From Lama glama (lineage: Eukaryota): DNA of 64,000 nucleotides. This document shows positions 60,731 to 64,000 of the stretch, piece by piece (within the stretch, counting starts at the first letter, position 1; every line of letters starts with the position of its first letter). The notes beneath the pieces are model-generated. The model ran no database searches and was not told the DNA's origin. It saw nothing but the letters and a program-made list of their open reading frames with translations. The position numbers and the translations under genes are program-made. The stretch spans positions 75,270,001 to 75,334,000 of the forward strand of contig CM052817.1 of the NCBI GenBank assembly GCA_028534125.1, written 5' to 3'.

Positions 60731-63139
60731 ATCAATGACCTTAACTATCTCTCAAGAGGAAAGCAAATGAAAAGGCATGCTATGTTATTGATAATACTGA
60801 CGGAGCTTGGAAATTTTTTCTTTAATATATCTTTAAGGTGATCAAACTAACTGAAATGGCTGAAGTTTCATAACAGAAAATTAATCCATATGACAGCAAA
60901 AAGGTACTTGATTGAGGAGGAGATATGACACTTTCCCTTGGCATTTGGACTATCATTTGATGATTTTTAAGTAACTATTTTTAAAGAGTTCAGAAATACA
61001 TACACATTTGTTAGAATGAGCATACACTGTTAGATTTCTATAGTGTCATATCTGAAGTCCAAAACAGACTATTTCTTTCTAGTGTTTCACAAGCCTTAAA
61101 ATGTATGCAGTACCTTTATAATTTGAATCCACATTTGCATTGCTATTTGCCTGCACTTAGAAATCCAAATATAGAATAATCTTATGAATTTATTAATAAA
61201 GGGATTTTGAAGTTGAGTGTTTTGGTGCCACCTTCTGGCATGAATGATTGTATGAGATATTACAAATTCCAGGAAAGTTTCTAATTGTTAACTAAGTAAG
61301 ATTAGACTAGATAAGTTAAATTAGATAATTTTATGTCTGTTTGGTATATAAATTTCTACTTCAAGGTGAATTTACTTGCATTGAGGACAACAAAGTGAAG
61401 GAAAGTGTGAAAGTGACTTGAACTATACAATGGCAATATTCAAGCTCCAGTATAATGTTTATCATATACATAGGAAAAAAAAAACTTACAGGAAAAGTAA
61501 TGACATTAAAAAACAATTTTTATGGAGTCTTATATTAACTTTATTAACTAAATGTCACCAGTGAATTTAAAATGCTATTTTTTTCTGAACAACTGAATAC
61601 AGAACACAATAACTTACATTGTTCTTTGAATTAATTGCATTTGATCCCGTACTTTAACTTTTACAAGCTACTTCATAACACTCTACTCAGGTTATTTCTG
61701 TTTCATTAGTATGTCATTTACTGCACAAAGCTTAATATTATGCTTTCTTTATTTACCTCACATTACTCTAAAATAGAGGAATAAAATTAGAAAGAAAATA
61801 GATCAAAATAGAAAAATAATTCCTGAGGGAAAACAAGCCATGAAAGATTCATCTAATGATAGTGACCTATTTTCCCAGAAACCATTAGCATCTAATGCTA
61901 TTATAACGAGAATTTGAAAACAAAATGAGTGGACCCCAATAAATGCCCTTTGGGTCATGCCAATCTTACCATTACGCAAATTTTATGTTGAATTTAACCA
62001 TTCACTAGGTGATCAATGTGGAAACTTTTAAATTCAAGCAATTGAAATTTTTTTTTCTTATTTACTCTTGTCATTATTTTGATTAGCAATAGTAATATTA
62101 GTATACCTTTTCAAAGACACTGATTTTATAAATTTGAAGAAAGAAAGCCTTTAGTTTTCTCTTTTAAATTTGGAACACCATCTACTCCCAGTTCCCTACA
62201 TATCCCTTTTTAAAAAATTGCCAGTTATTTTCCCCTATCCATAATTTATTTATTTTCTTCATATTTAGTTTTTGTTGAGATTACAGTTGACAATCCCTCT
62301 CTCCCTTCCTTCTTTCTTTCATTCCTTCTTTTCTTCCTTTTTCCCTTCCTTCTCTTCCACATTTTCTTTCTTTAAAGTTTTGACTTTTTCATATATGCAT
62401 AGATTTCCTTTCATTTTCTTAGAAAGCACTGTCCAAGAGATTCAGTTAAATAATCTCAGTATAGAACTCAACTATCTATGTGTCTAAATGTATCTATGTG
62501 TCTATCTATATATTATTCTATTGTCTATCTGCCCTTGACATTATATTTTCAAATTGATCAATTTCACTACATGGTTCTTTAGTCATTATTTTGTCAATAA
62601 TGTGTTTTTAAGATTTATGTAATTGAATACTTAAGTCATAAAAGTACCTATATCATAGTACCTTAGGAGATAATGCATGAAAGATATTTAACACAATACT
62701 TAACTCATAGTAAATAACAAGTTAATTAATATCATTATTTAATATTTCATATGTGTAGGGAATTTTGAATACTTTTACACACATTAGCTTAGATAATTTT
62801 TATAATTAACCTGAATTTGTTTTTATCAACTTCAAATTTAGTATCAAAATGGTGCTTAACTTCATTTGAACATATATTTTCTACTTCAATATTATGTAGT
62901 CATTATTTTTGTTTCTTTTAAAATTTATTTTAGCTGTTATTGTTGAACTTTAGTCAATATCAAAATAGGCCTTTCCAGCAAAAAATCTGAAATATATAAG
63001 CTATATGTAATTTATTAGGAAAATTTGGAGTACCAAGGTTAAACAAGGACATTTTTAATAATGGACTAAACATTTAATTGAATATATTCAAGGGGAACAT
63101 TTTTTTTCAAGATACTGTCAAAACATCTCTAGATAAAAC

Positions 63140-63912
63140 ATACCACTGTGGAAAACAGTAAAAGAATCTCTAAAAATTAAATATAAAAGTACTATATGAT
63201 CCAGCAATTTCACTTCTGAGAATACATATAAAGAAACAAAAACACTAACTTGAAAGATGTCTGCATCCCCATGTTCACACCAGTATTATTTATAATGGCC
63301 AAGACATTGTAGACAAACCTCATTGTCCATTAATAGATGAATGGATAAAGAAATTGTGAGATACACATAACACACAACAGAATATCATACAGCCATCAAA
63401 AATAAGGAGAAGCCACCATTTATGACAACATGGATGGGCCTTGAAGGCATTATGCTAAGTGAAATAAGTTAGAGAAAGACAAATACTGGATGATCTCACT
63501 TATATGTGGAATCTAAACAAACAAGCGAAAAATGCTAATCTTATAAAAAGAGATCAGACTTGTGGTTAGAAGTGGATGGTGGGGGGAGTGGGGATTGGAG
63601 GAAGGTGGCTAAAAGGTATAAAAAAATTCTGTTTTAAGATAAATAAGTATTAGAGATGTAGTGCATAACATGATGACTACAGCTAACACTGATCTATGAT
63701 GAACAGGCAAGTTGTTAAGAGAGTAAATCCTAAGAGTTCTTATTACAAGATTTTTTTTCTTTTCTTTTTCCTTTCTTTATTGTATCTGTATGAGAAGATA
63801 AATGTAGATGAACTTATTATAATCATTTCAGTATACATATAAATCAAACCATCATGCTGTAACGTTAAACTTATACAGTACTGCATGTCAATTATTTATC
63901 AATAAAACTGGG
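63140..63912 (+). mobile_element. 5'-truncated L1MA-type element (ORF2 end and 3'UTR)
   Basis: ccactgtggaaaacag...tatgatccagcaatttcacttctg...atgctaagtgaaataag...gttaagagagtaaatcctaagagttct...caataaaactgg. Confidence 0.88.
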
Positions 63913-64000
63913 TATCTAAAAATCTGCTATTTATAATTCCATATAAAAGCCCTGTGAAATTAATTTGTTCACTCTTTGCTCTTCTTAACATTAGTTCACT

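Noticed and set aside
1..64000. tRNA/snRNA/7SL copies, numts, CpG island, lineage-specific tRNA-derived SINEs
   Set aside because: I looked for their characteristic motifs by eye and saw none. Small degraded copies could have been missed.

Overview
This is AT-rich, CpG-depleted placental-mammal DNA, either intergenic or deep intronic. I found no protein-coding gene, RNA gene or CRISPR array that I can support. The ORF-track entries are L1 or LTR remnants, or chance ORFs. The young L1 3' tails, and the absence of recognisable BovB/Bov-tA, PRE-1, SINEC or Alu SINEs, suggest a cetartiodactyl, most likely a camelid. That call comes from remembered consensus sequences, not a search. About half the window is transposon-derived: several L1 generations, L2, MIR, MaLR/ERVL/ERV1 LTRs, a degraded ERVL integrase fragment, MER20 and a Tigger MITE. 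I see no evidence of a new gene system. The notable content is a set of unusual retrotransposition products readable from their junctions: (1) a TSD-bounded L1 3' transduction carrying foreign DNA with an L2 relic and a second L1 (32.8-33.7 kb); (2) a TSD-bounded sense-antisense-sense L1 (25.2-26.4 kb); (3) a TSD-bounded L1 made only of 5'UTR plus 3' end (30.3-31.9 kb); (4) a tail-less, TSD-less L1 piece that appears to replace host sequence (40.2-41.45 kb) and itself carries a poly(A)-only insertion; (5) a perfect 148-bp tandem duplication. Repeat family names are by eye and need RepeatMasker/Dfam confirmation. Boundaries of old elements are approximate.
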